A DNA stretch of 64,000 nucleotides from an uncultured bacterium (GCA_963845185.1 CAWJRG010000009.1:128001-192000); one strand, 5' to 3'. Positions 20,395 to 31,503 are shown, counted from the stretch's first letter. The notes: generated by a model not told the origin, from the letters alone. Program-made: numbers and translations.

Positions 20395-21048
20395 ATGATT
20401 AAATTCAACCATGTTTTTAAAATCTATGAGAAGAACATACAGGCACTGGAAGACATAAACTTTGAGGTCCAAAAGGGCGAGTTCGCGTTTATTACAGGCC
20501 CGTCGGGAGCGGGAAAAACAACCGTATTAAAGCTTTTATACAGGGAAGAAATCCCCGACATGGGCACGGTGCTTTTCGACAGCCAGGACACGGCGCATAT
20601 ACATAAAAGGAAACTCCCGTATTACAGAAGAAACATTGGATTTGTTTTCCAGGATTTCAAGCTGCTGTTCGACAGGACAGTTTTTGAGAATATAGCGCTG
20701 CCGCTTGTCATAACAGGGGCAAGCCGCGAGTATATAAAGAAAACAGTGGATGACTCAATAATCAGAATTGGACTGGCAGGAAAAGAAAAATTCACGCCAT
20801 GGCACCTGTCCGGGGGCGAAAAACAAAAAGTGGCGACAGCAAGGGCATTAATAACCGCACCGCCCGTAGTGCTTGCCGATGAACCAACAGGAAACCTGGA
20901 TGACGACAGCGCCAGGGAAATCATTAAAATATTTAGTGAAATAAACGAAAAGGGAACCACGGTTTTATTTGCCACACACAGCAAAGAAATAATGCAGGAG
21001 ATGGGCAAAAGGGTCATAAAATTGCGCGAAGGGAGGATAGTAGAGTAA
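20395..21048 (+). CDS. ftsE: Cell division ATP-binding protein FtsE
   Basis: GPSGAGKTT, RRNIGFVFQDFKLL, LSGGEKQ, LADEPTGNLD; adjacent to ftsX. Confidence 0.93.
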   Translation: MIKFNHVFKIYEKNIQALEDINFEVQKGEFAFITGPSGAGKTTVLKLLYREEIPDMGTVLFDSQDTAHIHKRKLPYYRRNIGFVFQDFKLLFDRTVFENIALPLVITGASREYIKKTVDDSIIRIGLAGKEKFTPWHLSGGEKQKVATARALITAPPVVLADEPTGNLDDDSAREIIKIFSEINEKGTTVLFATHSKEIMQEMGKRVIKLREGRIVE

Positions 21049-21923
21049 TGCTGGGAAAAGAAGTTTACCTGAATTTAAAAAGAAGCGGATTTATGAGCCT
21101 TATATCAATAGGCACGATAATAATGGCCATTGTTACACTGGGCGGTTATTATATCATCAACAGCAGCGTGAATTATTTTATATTGCATATTGAAAATAAA
21201 GTCGAGATAGTGGCATTTTTAAAGGATTCCTGCGAGAAAGGCAAGTGCGACAACATCATAACCGAATTACAGGCGATGCCGGATGTGGCAGAGGCGAAGT
21301 TTATATCAAAGGAAGACGCATACCAGCAGTTCTCAAAGGACGACGAGATAAGGAAAATACTGGACAGCATCGGCTCAAACCCGCTGCCGGATACAATAGT
21401 AGTAAGGCTGAAAAAATATACGGCAAAAATAATCAAAGACACGGTTAAATTTATTTCTTCCAAGGATGGCGTTGAAGACGTGCAGTACGGCGAAGAGGAA
21501 ATAGAGAACCTGATAAATATAATAAATGTGGTAAAAATCATCACTTTTGTGGCCGGCGTCATTTTTATATTATCGGCTTTACTGGTGGTTTCGAATATAA
21601 TCAGGCTCACGATATACGCCAGGCGCGAGGATATATACGTTTTCCAGATGGTAGGCGCGGACGATAATTTCATCCGCGCGCCTTATATCATGGAGGGCAC
21701 GCTGCACGGTTTTATAGGCGGTTTAATAGGATGGGGAGTTCTTTATATTGTGATAAACGTACTTATAAGCCGGATAAAAATGGAAACGGGCATGGATTTT
21801 TCCAAGTTTTACCTTTTTACTCCTTATTTTTTCTCCTTTAAATTCATGGTTGCCCTTGTGGCTACAGGGATGGGGCTCGGGTTCCTGGGCAGCCTGCTTT
21901 CACCGTGGAGAACCCTGAAGTGA
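21048..21923 (+). CDS. ftsX: Cell division permease FtsX
   Basis: NPLPD, NIIRLTIYARREDI..MVGA..FIRAPYIMEG; four TM segments. Confidence 0.93.
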   Translation: MLGKEVYLNLKRSGFMSLISIGTIIMAIVTLGGYYIINSSVNYFILHIENKVEIVAFLKDSCEKGKCDNIITELQAMPDVAEAKFISKEDAYQQFSKDDEIRKILDSIGSNPLPDTIVVRLKKYTAKIIKDTVKFISSKDGVEDVQYGEEEIENLINIINVVKIITFVAGVIFILSALLVVSNIIRLTIYARREDIYVFQMVGADDNFIRAPYIMEGTLHGFIGGLIGWGVLYIVINVLISRIKMETGMDFSKFYLFTPYFFSFKFMVALVATGMGLGFLGSLLSPWRTLK

Positions 21924-21925
21924 CA

Positions 21926-23095
21926 ATGACAAGGCGTGCGCTGGTGGCAGCTTTGTTTTTTTTAATGCTTGCTTTTACCGCATACGCGCAACCGGCAGAT
22001 ACGGCGGAAAAAAAGCAAAAAGAACTTATCAATGTAAAACAAAAAATACAAAATCAAAAAATAGTCATAACCAAGGAAAAACAGGAAGAGCAGATAACTT
22101 TCCAGCATATACAGGGGCTGGAAAAAAATCTCGATATTACACGCAAGGAAATGTCGGTATTTGAGAACAATATAAAAGTCGTTGAGCTATCCATAAAAGA
22201 CCTGGATGAAAAGATAAGGTTAAACGAAAAATTAAAAGCCGAAAAGGAAGAGGAAGTAAAAAAAGTATTAAGGGACCAATACAAAAAAGAAGGCAATAAA
22301 TATATCATGCTACTGTCTAAATCGGGAAATTTTTCCGAATTCATAGAAAGATACAAGTTTATGAAAATCTTAAGCAAAAAAAACGTAGAATTGATAGAAA
22401 CTTACGCGCAATTAATAGACGACCTGCAACAGAGCAAAAAACAGGTGCAGGATTACAGGAACGAACTTGCGGGAATAAAGCAACAAAAGGAAAAAGAACA
22501 CAAAAAATATTTAAACCAGAGCTGGGAAAAGCATGTGTTTTTAAAAAAGATAAAACAGGACATCAAAAAACGGGAACGGGCACTTACTGAGCTTGAAAAA
22601 AGCGCGAAAGGCTTAGAGACCCTGCTTGACGGCATGGAAAAAACTGCAATGGAAAGGGAATTCATCAGCAAGGGTACGGATGAAGTTTTTAAAAAATATA
22701 GAAAAAGGCTGCCATGGCCAGTAGACAGCAGCAATATTATAGTAAATTTTGGAAAATACAGGCACCCGCAGTTTAAAAGCATAGTTTATAACAGGGGCAT
22801 AGACATAGCCGCGCCTTATGGCTCGCCGGTTTATTCCATTTTTAAAGGCGTGATAAAATACGCAGATTGGTTTGAGGGCTTCGGCAAAATGGTTATAATA
22901 CATCATGGCAGCGGGTATTACACAATATACGGGCATATGTCTGATATAAGCGTAAAAGAAGGTGAGCTTGTGGACACAGGATCTGAAATAGGCAAAGTGG
23001 GGGATACTGAGTCGTTTTACGGCAATGAATTATACCTTGAGATACGCCGCGGGTCTGAGCCTGTAAATCCGCTGTTATACCTCAAAAGAAGATAG
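21926..23095 (+). CDS. envC: Murein hydrolase activator EnvC (coiled coil plus M23-like domain)
   Basis: Signal peptide, long coiled coil, LPWPV, GIDI, HGSGYYTIYGH, LYLEIR (degenerate M23 ligands); follows ftsEX. Confidence 0.88.
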   Translation: MTRRALVAALFFLMLAFTAYAQPADTAEKKQKELINVKQKIQNQKIVITKEKQEEQITFQHIQGLEKNLDITRKEMSVFENNIKVVELSIKDLDEKIRLNEKLKAEKEEEVKKVLRDQYKKEGNKYIMLLSKSGNFSEFIERYKFMKILSKKNVELIETYAQLIDDLQQSKKQVQDYRNELAGIKQQKEKEHKKYLNQSWEKHVFLKKIKQDIKKRERALTELEKSAKGLETLLDGMEKTAMEREFISKGTDEVFKKYRKRLPWPVDSSNIIVNFGKYRHPQFKSIVYNRGIDIAAPYGSPVYSIFKGVIKYADWFEGFGKMVIIHHGSGYYTIYGHMSDISVKEGELVDTGSEIGKVGDTESFYGNELYLEIRRGSEPVNPLLYLKRR

Positions 23096-23143
23096 GGGGT
23101 TGCAAGCAAGAACAGAGTAAGCATTCATTGTCCCAGCCTAGGC

Positions 23144-24250
23144 CTACTTTCTAACCTTATACAAAAACACGCTGCCTATGGTCAAAAACACGATATTCGA
23201 TATCCAAGCCGATAATAACGGCGATAGGACGCCGACTTTACCGGCCGACAGTCCTATTGTTATAAAACCCATGTAAAAAAATGATGTTATGACAGTAAAA
23301 ATAAAGCCCAGCGCAGCGTTGATAAAAGAACGGTGGGATGAAAACAAAAATGGAAGCGATACTCCCAGTAACGCCAGTATAAAAGTTGCAAAAGGGAAGG
23401 CGAGTTTTAAATTATAGTTTACCTCTTCCTCCCTGAAATCAAAGCCGCTCTCCTTCAATATGCTAATCAGTTTTTTCAGCCTAAAGATATTTATCGCGAG
23501 CGTGTCTTCGGGTGACCACTTATGTGCCACAAAATCAGATGGAGCGTCCACGGTATTGAGGTCGTAGGTATTAAACTGCTCGACGTGATCTTCCGTGTCG
23601 TTTTTAAAAGTCCTGAATACGCCGTTTGACAATACCCATTTGTTCGGCTGCCATTTTGCTTCCTTGGCGTCGAGCCGCTCTATGACATGCAGGTCCTTGT
23701 CTATCTTCATAATGCATATACCCCGCATTATGCCCAGCAGGCCGTCAAAATATTTTATATAGTAAACTCTGCCGTTACTGCCGAGCTTAGCGAGGTTGAA
23801 GCGTATCTCGCCTCCGGAGGCGGATTTTTTTTCTATGAGGGATTCTTTAATATAAGTTGCCTGGTCGTAAGTCATGGAAACAAAAGTTTCGTTCACAACT
23901 ATTGAGAGTATACTTATTATAAGCGAAAGTATCAGGACGGGCGCGGCGATTTTATAAAAGCTAATCCCGAGCGCTTTCATGGCAAGCAGTTCATTATGCC
24001 TGCTGAACTGGCTGAAAACGAAAAGTATTGTCAGGAGCATGGCAAAAGGTATGGATTCGGCGGCATAAAACGGAGCCTTGTAAAGGAAAAAACTCACAAT
24101 GAGCCAGACGGACGGGTTGTACTGCAGGAGCATTGGCACTTCGTCTATGAGCGTTGAAATAAGAATGAAAACCAATATGCCGACTGCTATTACAATGAAA
24201 GCTTGCAAAATCTCGCTTATTATATATTTATAAATTATTTTAAGTTTCAT
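23144..24250 (-). CDS. lptG: LPS export permease LptG (YjgP/YjgQ family)
   Basis: HNELLAMKALGIS, KLAFPFATFILALLG, LLSAWISN; paired with lptF. Confidence 0.88.
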   Translation of the reverse strand: MKLKIIYKYIISEILQAFIVIAVGILVFILISTLIDEVPMLLQYNPSVWLIVSFFLYKAPFYAAESIPFAMLLTILFVFSQFSRHNELLAMKALGISFYKIAAPVLILSLIISILSIVVNETFVSMTYDQATYIKESLIEKKSASGGEIRFNLAKLGSNGRVYYIKYFDGLLGIMRGICIMKIDKDLHVIERLDAKEAKWQPNKWVLSNGVFRTFKNDTEDHVEQFNTYDLNTVDAPSDFVAHKWSPEDTLAINIFRLKKLISILKESGFDFREEEVNYNLKLAFPFATFILALLGVSLPFLFSSHRSFINAALGFIFTVITSFFYMGFITIGLSAGKVGVLSPLLSAWISNIVFLTIGSVFLYKVRK

Positions 24251-25407
24251 GCGGTTTTACCGGGTTTATTAAGATTTTTCCGGCGTATTGCCGGGAAAAT
24301 AACCGGGACATAAAACACAAGCCCCAGGGCTCCAATGACGATGTTGGGAAGCCATACTGCAAGAAAATGGTTCATTTTACCGCTGTAACCGTAAGACTGC
24401 CCGATGGAAAGCAAAATATAATAAATAAATATCAGCACAAGGGAAATACTTATACCGGTTATCCTGCCGCCCTTGCGTGCTACAAGGCCTATTGGAATGC
24501 CGATAATGGCAAAAATAAACGTTGCAAAAGGGATAGATAGTTTTTTGTGAAGTTCCACAAGCAGGTTGTTCCTGTCATGCTTGCTGTCTTTTCCTTTTTT
24601 GAGCTCGGCTAAAAGTTCTTCGGCGGTCATCTCTCTCGCGCCTTTAAAATCCTGCTCGTTTTGGCGAGCCTGCAGTACGCCTTTTATATCGAGGTCCACA
24701 TAATTAGTGCCGAAAGCTATCTCGTTCATTTTAAGCGGCGTGGCATAGGAGCTTACCTGTATGGTACCGTCCATTAATTTCAAAGCAACCCTAAGGCTTT
24801 TTTCATCCGATATAAACTGCCCTGTTTTGGCAAATATTATCTTTGTGGGATCCTTTTCATCATTTTGGCCCTTCACAAAAACAATTATATCTTTTAATAA
24901 ATCATTCTTGCTGTCTTTTGAGCCTATGTAAAATATATAGTTGTCGAAATCGTTTATAAAGGTGTGCTCCTGAATCATAATGCTTGAGCGTTTTTTTACT
25001 ATTTCGTAATACACTTTCTGGTAGGTAAGATTCGCGTAGGACAATACATAATTGTTAAAAAGAACCATTACCATGGTGATAACAAGGGAAAGTATTATTC
25101 CGGGTTTTGCTATTGTAGAAACGCTTATACCGTTTGCCTGCATGCCGTTGAATTCATTGTCCTGCACAAGCCGGGAATAAGTCAGCAGGACTCCCATTAA
25201 AACCGCCATGGGCACGGTAACGGCGACGGTAGACGGCAGCAGCAGAAGCAGCAGTTTGGTCACGTTTAAAAGGTCCACGCCGTATTTTATCAAAAGGTCG
25301 CTCATTACAAACAGGGAATTCATTATAAGAAAGAATGTTAATATAAAAAATCCGATTGCAGAAACCAACAGCACCTCTTTTGCTATGTATTTATGGATAA
25401 TTTTCAT
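24247..25407 (-). CDS. lptF: LPS export permease LptF (YjgP/YjgQ family)
   Basis: SRLVQDNEFNGMQANGIS, ELHKKLSIPFA, AVWLPN. Start at MKIIHKYI (25407). Confidence 0.88.
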   Translation of the reverse strand: MKIIHKYIAKEVLLVSAIGFFILTFFLIMNSLFVMSDLLIKYGVDLLNVTKLLLLLLPSTVAVTVPMAVLMGVLLTYSRLVQDNEFNGMQANGISVSTIAKPGIILSLVITMVMVLFNNYVLSYANLTYQKVYYEIVKKRSSIMIQEHTFINDFDNYIFYIGSKDSKNDLLKDIIVFVKGQNDEKDPTKIIFAKTGQFISDEKSLRVALKLMDGTIQVSSYATPLKMNEIAFGTNYVDLDIKGVLQARQNEQDFKGAREMTAEELLAELKKGKDSKHDRNNLLVELHKKLSIPFATFIFAIIGIPIGLVARKGGRITGISISLVLIFIYYILLSIGQSYGYSGKMNHFLAVWLPNIVIGALGLVFYVPVIFPAIRRKNLNKPGKTA

Positions 25408-25468
25408 TTTCCGTTTCCTTGCAGTTATTATATTCCGAATTGAAACATTGTTGAATCTAAAACAAAAA

Positions 25469-26938
25469 TTATTGCTTCGGCTGTGATGCCTGACTGCCCA
25501 AATAATCGCGGTCAAAATCAACATAAAATGTGTTTGTTAACTTATTATTCCTTTTTATTTCTATTTTGTCAACTATATCCGAGGACTTGAAAAATTTTCG
25601 CATTTCGTCATGTTCCCAATACTCCTGGTAAACATAAATACAGTTAAAATCAGGTATTTTTTTATAACTGTCCCAGAATCTGTAATTTTTATTTGATTCA
25701 TGCGGGACGAGAATATATACCTGAGGTTGACCTGGCAGATAAAAAGCCAGCGCACTTGCTATCTGATAGTGCCTGGCCGCAAAAAAGACGACGCCTTTAT
25801 CCTTATACCTGCTATAAATAAGGTTTACTTTTTCCGATAAATCTTTATACCCGTAAAATTTTCCTGTCATATCTGCTTTTTCAGGCAGGGGGATTACAGG
25901 GTATATTACCTGAGTATGTATTATCAGCAAAATAAAGAAGCCGGCACCATAAATAAAGTGCTTAACCCAGGATTTTTTTTTCATAATATAGTTCGTGGTC
26001 GTAAAAAACAGAGGAAAGAAAGCAAAAGCAGGCCAGTTTGCTTCTACCCTGCTTTTGAAACTTAATATAATAAAAGGAAGCATAGAGACTATGAAAAATA
26101 TTGAAAGCATATAATAGGGATTAAACCCGCGGTTTTTAAGATTTTTTACCAGTGATATGCCGAAAAAAGGAATCAGGAATATAGAAACCAGCACGAGCTG
26201 GCTTCCAATAAGCTCAAAAAAATATTTGAGATTAAGCAGTGATTTTGAGCCTGACTGGCTACGCAAAATAAGAAAATTCAAGGTCGCAAAATTATGATTT
26301 AAATTCCAGTAAATCACGGGTGACAGTGCCAGCAAAAAGAAAAGAGAGAAAAAAACAGGCCCTTTTATATATTTTTTATTAAACCCTGAACAAAAAAGGA
26401 AAATCAGCACTGCGGGATATATAATGCCGAGAGTGTATTTGCTCATGACTCCAATGGCCAAGATAATTCCTGCGTGAACCCAGCGTGCGTTATTGCCCGG
26501 ATCTTCCAGCACTCGAAGCATTTGATAAATAAAAAACGCGAAAAAAAATATCATTACTGTGTCGTGCATCATCAATACCGAGCCTGCGGAATAGATTATT
26601 GCCGAGTTCATAAACAGCAGGTTGAAAAAGTTTTCTTTTTTGGTTTTGTCTTCAGGGTACAGTTTGCTATATATAAGCACGGAAAGTATCATTGTTAAAA
26701 GTGATAATACGACGGTGCCGAGCCTGACCGTGAACGGCGTGTTTATCCGGGTAAAAAGCGTAAAAATAAATATTACCAGGGCAATTATCGGGCCCTGTTC
26801 ATAATAGCCTAAATCAAGGTGCCTTGCCCATTGCCAATAGTACGCCTCATCAGGCAGTAGGGGAAAAAGGTTGATATACACAAGCCTGAGAACCGTAATT
26901 GATGCTATGAAAACAAATATCGCTTTTTTGTAATTCAT
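25469..26938 (-). CDS. GT-C membrane glycosyltransferase (ArnT/PMT-like, GT39/GT83)
   Basis: PDEAYYWQWARHLDLGYYEQGP, MSKYT, SPVIYWN, VEANWP; multiple TM helices. Confidence 0.85.
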   Translation of the reverse strand: MNYKKAIFVFIASITVLRLVYINLFPLLPDEAYYWQWARHLDLGYYEQGPIIALVIFIFTLFTRINTPFTVRLGTVVLSLLTMILSVLIYSKLYPEDKTKKENFFNLLFMNSAIIYSAGSVLMMHDTVMIFFFAFFIYQMLRVLEDPGNNARWVHAGIILAIGVMSKYTLGIIYPAVLIFLFCSGFNKKYIKGPVFFSLFFLLALSPVIYWNLNHNFATLNFLILRSQSGSKSLLNLKYFFELIGSQLVLVSIFLIPFFGISLVKNLKNRGFNPYYMLSIFFIVSMLPFIILSFKSRVEANWPAFAFFPLFFTTTNYIMKKKSWVKHFIYGAGFFILLIIHTQVIYPVIPLPEKADMTGKFYGYKDLSEKVNLIYSRYKDKGVVFFAARHYQIASALAFYLPGQPQVYILVPHESNKNYRFWDSYKKIPDFNCIYVYQEYWEHDEMRKFFKSSDIVDKIEIKRNNKLTNTFYVDFDRDYLGSQASQPKQ

Positions 26939-27088
26939 TTTTACCTCGGAATAATATTATGGTGATATTAATAATAAAACAATATCAATAAGATAACAAT
27001 AGAAAAACACTCTTAATATTCAGGCTAAAAATTATCAGTTTTAAAGAATAGTTAAGCTGTTTATTGTATATAGACGCTATTTTATATG

Positions 27089-27117
27089 TTGAAACAGACA
27101 ATAATATATGGTATAAT
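27089..27117 (+). promoter_or_regulatory. sigma70 promoter with extended -10 for the GH5 gene
   Basis: TTGAAA-17 bp-TATAAT with TGn. The palindrome AAAACGTTTT follows at 27129-27138. Confidence 0.65.
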
Positions 27118-27165
27118 TATGCTATATTAAAACGTTTTCGGGCTATTTGTATCGTTAAAATATAA

Positions 27166-27194
27166 TGAAACTTTTTCATATTTTAGTTGTCTAA
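27166..27194 (+). promoter_or_regulatory. Putative ECF-sigma promoter (copy 1)
   Basis: TGAAAC-16 bp-TGTCTAA, repeated at 37172-37200. Confidence 0.55.
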
Positions 27195-27237
27195 ATATAT
27201 GTAGAAAAGAGATTTAATAAGATTCCAGGTGATCACT

Positions 27238-30200
27238 ATGAAGAAAAATATAAATTCATCTCTAAAGTTTTTAATAATAACCTTCATAGTATTATCATGC
27301 TTATTTTTAATAAATACCAAATATTTGTTTGCCGCACCGCCGCAACTTGAGATATCAGGGACTAGAATCGTCAGAGTAAGCGATGGCTGCGCAGTAAGGT
27401 TGGTAGGCGTGGATATATGCGGTCTTGAATGGGAGGAAAATGGTATGGGGCCGCCCAACGGCGCTGGCGGGGATATGACGCAGTCAATTACCGTTGCTGT
27501 CAATACATGGAAATGCAATATAGTGCGAATACCATTAGACCAGGATTTCTGGTTTGGCTATGATAACGGCACATCTTCTTCTTCAACAACACAGAATACA
27601 ACTTACGAGAGTAATTATAGAACTTATGTTACCAATGTGGTCAACGCGGCGTCGAACCTTAATTGTTATGCCGAACTTGATTTGCACTGGTCCGGCACCG
27701 GGTCGTGGGGGTCGTCTGTGGGTGCAGCACAACAGACTATGCCTGACAATAATTCTACAGCTTTCTGGGCAAGCGTTGCCGCGACATTTGCAAACAACCC
27801 GGCCGTTGTGTTTGACCTCTACAATGAGCCATATACTGCAAATGGCGTGACATGGACTACCTGGCAAAATGGCGGCTCAGCAGGGTCATTTAATACTCCG
27901 GGGTTCCAGTCTCTGGTACAGACTGTCAGGGATACCGGAGCAAAGAATGTAATCATAGTTGGCGGATTGGCCTATTCATACGATATGACAGGAATAGCAG
28001 GGCATGCACTTGTGGACAGAAACACAGGCAACACATTAAGCGGATACGGCATTATGTACGACGCGCATATATACGACAATAAGTCGGTCAACAACGCGAC
28101 TGGCTGGGATTCAAGTGTATCAATGTTGGTTCAATCAGGATACTGCGTAATGATAGGTGAATTTGGGCCTATGACAGACGGAAGCCAGGACAGTGGCACT
28201 GCATGCAATCCTTTTGAGTCGAGTCTAATTACATGGATAAACGGTTCAAACGCCGCGAATTATGATTATTCGGCTATGGGCTGGTGTTTTAATGATTCTG
28301 CCACTCCAAAACTGATATCAGACTGGAATTTTACAGCCACTACATGTCATGGTACCGATGTAAAGAACTGGCTTGCTGCAATAACGCAACCAACCTGCGG
28401 GCCAGCTTCGTCTCCAACAAACACTCCGAACATTACGCGTACTTTTACGCAGAGCCCCACACTGACTCAGACACCTACACTTACAAGAACATCAACATTG
28501 ACAGCAACCAGGACTTTTACGCCGACATTCACAGATACTTTTACTTTAACCATAACACCAACAGTTACTTATACGGCAACAAGGACAACAACACCAATAG
28601 CGACGATGACAATCACATCAACATGGACACCTACTGCAACAGGCACATTGACGGTAACAAGGACAAATACAGGAACATATACAGTTACTGGTACAAATAC
28701 ACCTTTGCCTACAGCAACTTTAACAGCGACAGCGACATACACGCAAACTCACACAGTTACATTGACTTGGACTAGTACGTTACAGAACACTATAACTTTG
28801 ACGGCGACAGGTACAAATACGCTATTGCCTACGTCAACAAGGACAAATACCGGCACATATACAATAACAGGCACAAATACGCTATTGCCAACAGCAACAA
28901 ATACAGCAACTCCTTCCTTAACGGCAATACGCACAAATACATCAACCCCGACTTTTACTACAACATCAACGTCGACATATACAGTTACATTAACTTGGAC
29001 AAGCACGCTGCAGAATACGGCAACTTTAACGGCAACACGCACAAATACCTTAACGCCAACATTTACTACGACGCCTACACCGACATATACAGTTTTATTA
29101 ACTTGGACAAGCACACTGCAAAACACGGCAACTTTAACAGCGACAGGCACAAGTACTACGACAAGGACGCCCACGCCGACGTATACAGTTTCATTAACTT
29201 GGACAAGTACACTGCAAAACACGGCAACTTTAACAGCGACAGGCACAAGTACTACGACAAGGACGCCTACACCTACGTATACAGTTACACTAACTTGGAC
29301 AAGCACACTGCAAAACACGGCAACTTTAACGGCAACAGGCACAAGCACTACGACAAGGACGCCCACGTATACAGTTACACTGACTTTTACATCGTCGGTT
29401 ACACCGACAAATACCAATTCACCTGTGGTGTCACCTACACCTACATTTACTAATATAGTTTTTACATGGACAATAACACAGACATTTACTATATCACCGA
29501 CAATAACAATGACAAATACACCTCTGCCGACTGGAACAAATACGGGGACACCTACGTTTACTACAACAAGGACAAACACAGAAACATCAACTTTTACTAT
29601 GACACATACGCCAACATATACAGCAACTCTGACTTGGACAAGCACAGCACAGAACACAGTAACTTTAACAGCGACGGGAACAAATACAGGGACACCTACG
29701 TTTACGGCAACAAGAACAAACACAGAAACATCAACTTTCACTATGACACATACACCAACATATACAGCAACTCTGACGTGGACAAGCACAGCACAGAATA
29801 CGGCGACTTTAACAGCAACAGATACAAATACACCGTTACCGACAAGCACAAGCACAAACACAACGACACCTACTTTTACAGCTACGAGGACAAACACAGC
29901 GACTGATACTCCGACAAACACGCCTTCATATACAGTAACATTGACTTATACATTGACGGTTACATTAACATTTACCAATTCGCCGGTGGTATCACCTACG
30001 CCGACATTTACTAATATAATATTCACGTGGACGATTACGCAAACATTTACGATATCACAGACAATAACAATTACAAACACTCCTACGCATACACCGAGCG
30101 ATACTCCAACAAATACACTTACTAATACAGAAACAAACACACCGGTAAATACAGCGACAAATACGCTTGTTAATACAAGGACAAACACGCCAGTAAATAC

Positions 30201-31311
30201 AGCAACTGATACACCAATTAATACAGAGACAAATACACCGGTTAATACTGCGACAGATACACCGATTAATACAGCGACAGACACACCGGTTGATACAGCA
30301 ACAGACACGCCGGTTGTGTCAGAAACACCGACTTATACAGCGACAATTTTTACGCCGACAATTTCACCGACATCGACCATAACGCCGACAATAACATTGA
30401 CAGATACGCCTTCAATAACTAATACAGTAACGTCTACTGCAACAGAAACAGAGACTTGGACAAATACATTATTACCTACACTTACAAATACGCCACAGAA
30501 TACCGCAACAAGCACAGTAACGCCTACTGTAGGAGCAAATCTTGTAGCGGCTATTACTATTTCACCAGGGAGTGCAATGATAGGGCAGGATATAACAGTA
30601 ATAATGCAGGTAGTAAATACAGGGACAAATGGCGTGGATAACTTGCAACCTTCAGCGCTGGCTCAAACAGGCGGTGGAACAGCTGTCCTTGTAAGTGGGC
30701 CCATGCCTGCAAGCACTGCAATAGTTTCAGATTCATCAGGATCATTTACGTGGGTATATACAGTGACTTCCGTGGCAGGAAATATAGCATTCAGCGGGTC
30801 GGCAAGCGGCACAGACGCGATAAACGGCACAATAGTATCAACTGCGATAGTGACCAGCAATCCATTAATATGCGTTACAGCCACAGCAACAATAGCAAAT
30901 TCAATTACAATTACCGTAACGCCGACATATACAATAACGCCTAGTATTACGACAACAAATCCAGTTGCGACAGCCAGCTTTACACCGACAAACCAGGTTC
31001 CTGTTTTCACTGCTACAGCCACATATGTAATTACTACGCAGCCGCCAGGGCTGCCAAGGATATATCCAAATCCAGTGAAAGACAGGTTTAGATATGTATT
31101 TCCCCTGACGGAAGATGCAGATATAGAAATAACTATATATACAGCGTCATACAGGTTGATAGCAAGATTTGACCAGAGACAGAGCGCAGGGTTAAACACT
31201 ATTGTAATTGACACACAAGGCATGGCAAACGGAACATATTTTATTGTATATAAGCAAAAAGGGCAGACAACAAATACAAAGAGAATTGATAAATTTATTG
31301 TATTAAAATAA
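27238..31311 (+). CDS. Secreted GH5 glycoside hydrolase (cellulase-like) with Thr-rich stalk, Ig-like domain and T9SS-type CTD
   Basis: Signal peptide; NIVRIPL, LDLHWS, FDLYNEP (acid/base), AHIY, IGEFG (nucleophile); TxT region; IYPNPV...IYTASYRLI...NGTYF...KFIVLK. Confidence 0.9.
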   Translation: MKKNINSSLKFLIITFIVLSCLFLINTKYLFAAPPQLEISGTRIVRVSDGCAVRLVGVDICGLEWEENGMGPPNGAGGDMTQSITVAVNTWKCNIVRIPLDQDFWFGYDNGTSSSSTTQNTTYESNYRTYVTNVVNAASNLNCYAELDLHWSGTGSWGSSVGAAQQTMPDNNSTAFWASVAATFANNPAVVFDLYNEPYTANGVTWTTWQNGGSAGSFNTPGFQSLVQTVRDTGAKNVIIVGGLAYSYDMTGIAGHALVDRNTGNTLSGYGIMYDAHIYDNKSVNNATGWDSSVSMLVQSGYCVMIGEFGPMTDGSQDSGTACNPFESSLITWINGSNAANYDYSAMGWCFNDSATPKLISDWNFTATTCHGTDVKNWLAAITQPTCGPASSPTNTPNITRTFTQSPTLTQTPTLTRTSTLTATRTFTPTFTDTFTLTITPTVTYTATRTTTPIATMTITSTWTPTATGTLTVTRTNTGTYTVTGTNTPLPTATLTATATYTQTHTVTLTWTSTLQNTITLTATGTNTLLPTSTRTNTGTYTITGTNTLLPTATNTATPSLTAIRTNTSTPTFTTTSTSTYTVTLTWTSTLQNTATLTATRTNTLTPTFTTTPTPTYTVLLTWTSTLQNTATLTATGTSTTTRTPTPTYTVSLTWTSTLQNTATLTATGTSTTTRTPTPTYTVTLTWTSTLQNTATLTATGTSTTTRTPTYTVTLTFTSSVTPTNTNSPVVSPTPTFTNIVFTWTITQTFTISPTITMTNTPLPTGTNTGTPTFTTTRTNTETSTFTMTHTPTYTATLTWTSTAQNTVTLTATGTNTGTPTFTATRTNTETSTFTMTHTPTYTATLTWTSTAQNTATLTATDTNTPLPTSTSTNTTTPTFTATRTNTATDTPTNTPSYTVTLTYTLTVTLTFTNSPVVSPTPTFTNIIFTWTITQTFTISQTITITNTPTHTPSDTPTNTLTNTETNTPVNTATNTLVNTRTNTPVNTATDTPINTETNTPVNTATDTPINTATDTPVDTATDTPVVSETPTYTATIFTPTISPTSTITPTITLTDTPSITNTVTSTATETETWTNTLLPTLTNTPQNTATSTVTPTVGANLVAAITISPGSAMIGQDITVIMQVVNTGTNGVDNLQPSALAQTGGGTAVLVSGPMPASTAIVSDSSGSFTWVYTVTSVAGNIAFSGSASGTDAINGTIVSTAIVTSNPLICVTATATIANSITITVTPTYTITPSITTTNPVATASFTPTNQVPVFTATATYVITTQPPGLPRIYPNPVKDRFRYVFPLTEDADIEITIYTASYRLIARFDQRQSAGLNTIVIDTQGMANGTYFIVYKQKGQTTNTKRIDKFIVLK
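30312..31311 (+). repeat. 1000-bp near-identical segment shared with 36105-37104 (3' ends of the GH5 and GH8 genes)
   Basis: Constant offset of 5793 nt at both ends; the protein C-termini are nearly identical. Confidence 0.9.
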
Positions 31312-31411
31312 AGACAAGAAATTTCATATAATATCATTATTGAAAATTGTCAAGATTTATGATTCTACTCTAAATTATCCGATTTTACATTACGAAAAAC
31401 AGTTCTGATAT

Positions 31412-31440
31412 TTGACAAATACTATTTTTTGATATATAAT
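31412..31440 (+). promoter_or_regulatory. Consensus sigma70 promoter for the GH8 gene
   Basis: TTGACA-17 bp-TATAAT. Confidence 0.8.
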
Positions 31441-31503
31441 TATAATAGAATTAAGAAGTTTAATAAACAATTAACTTAAAAACATTGACGAAAGGGAAGA
31501 AAA

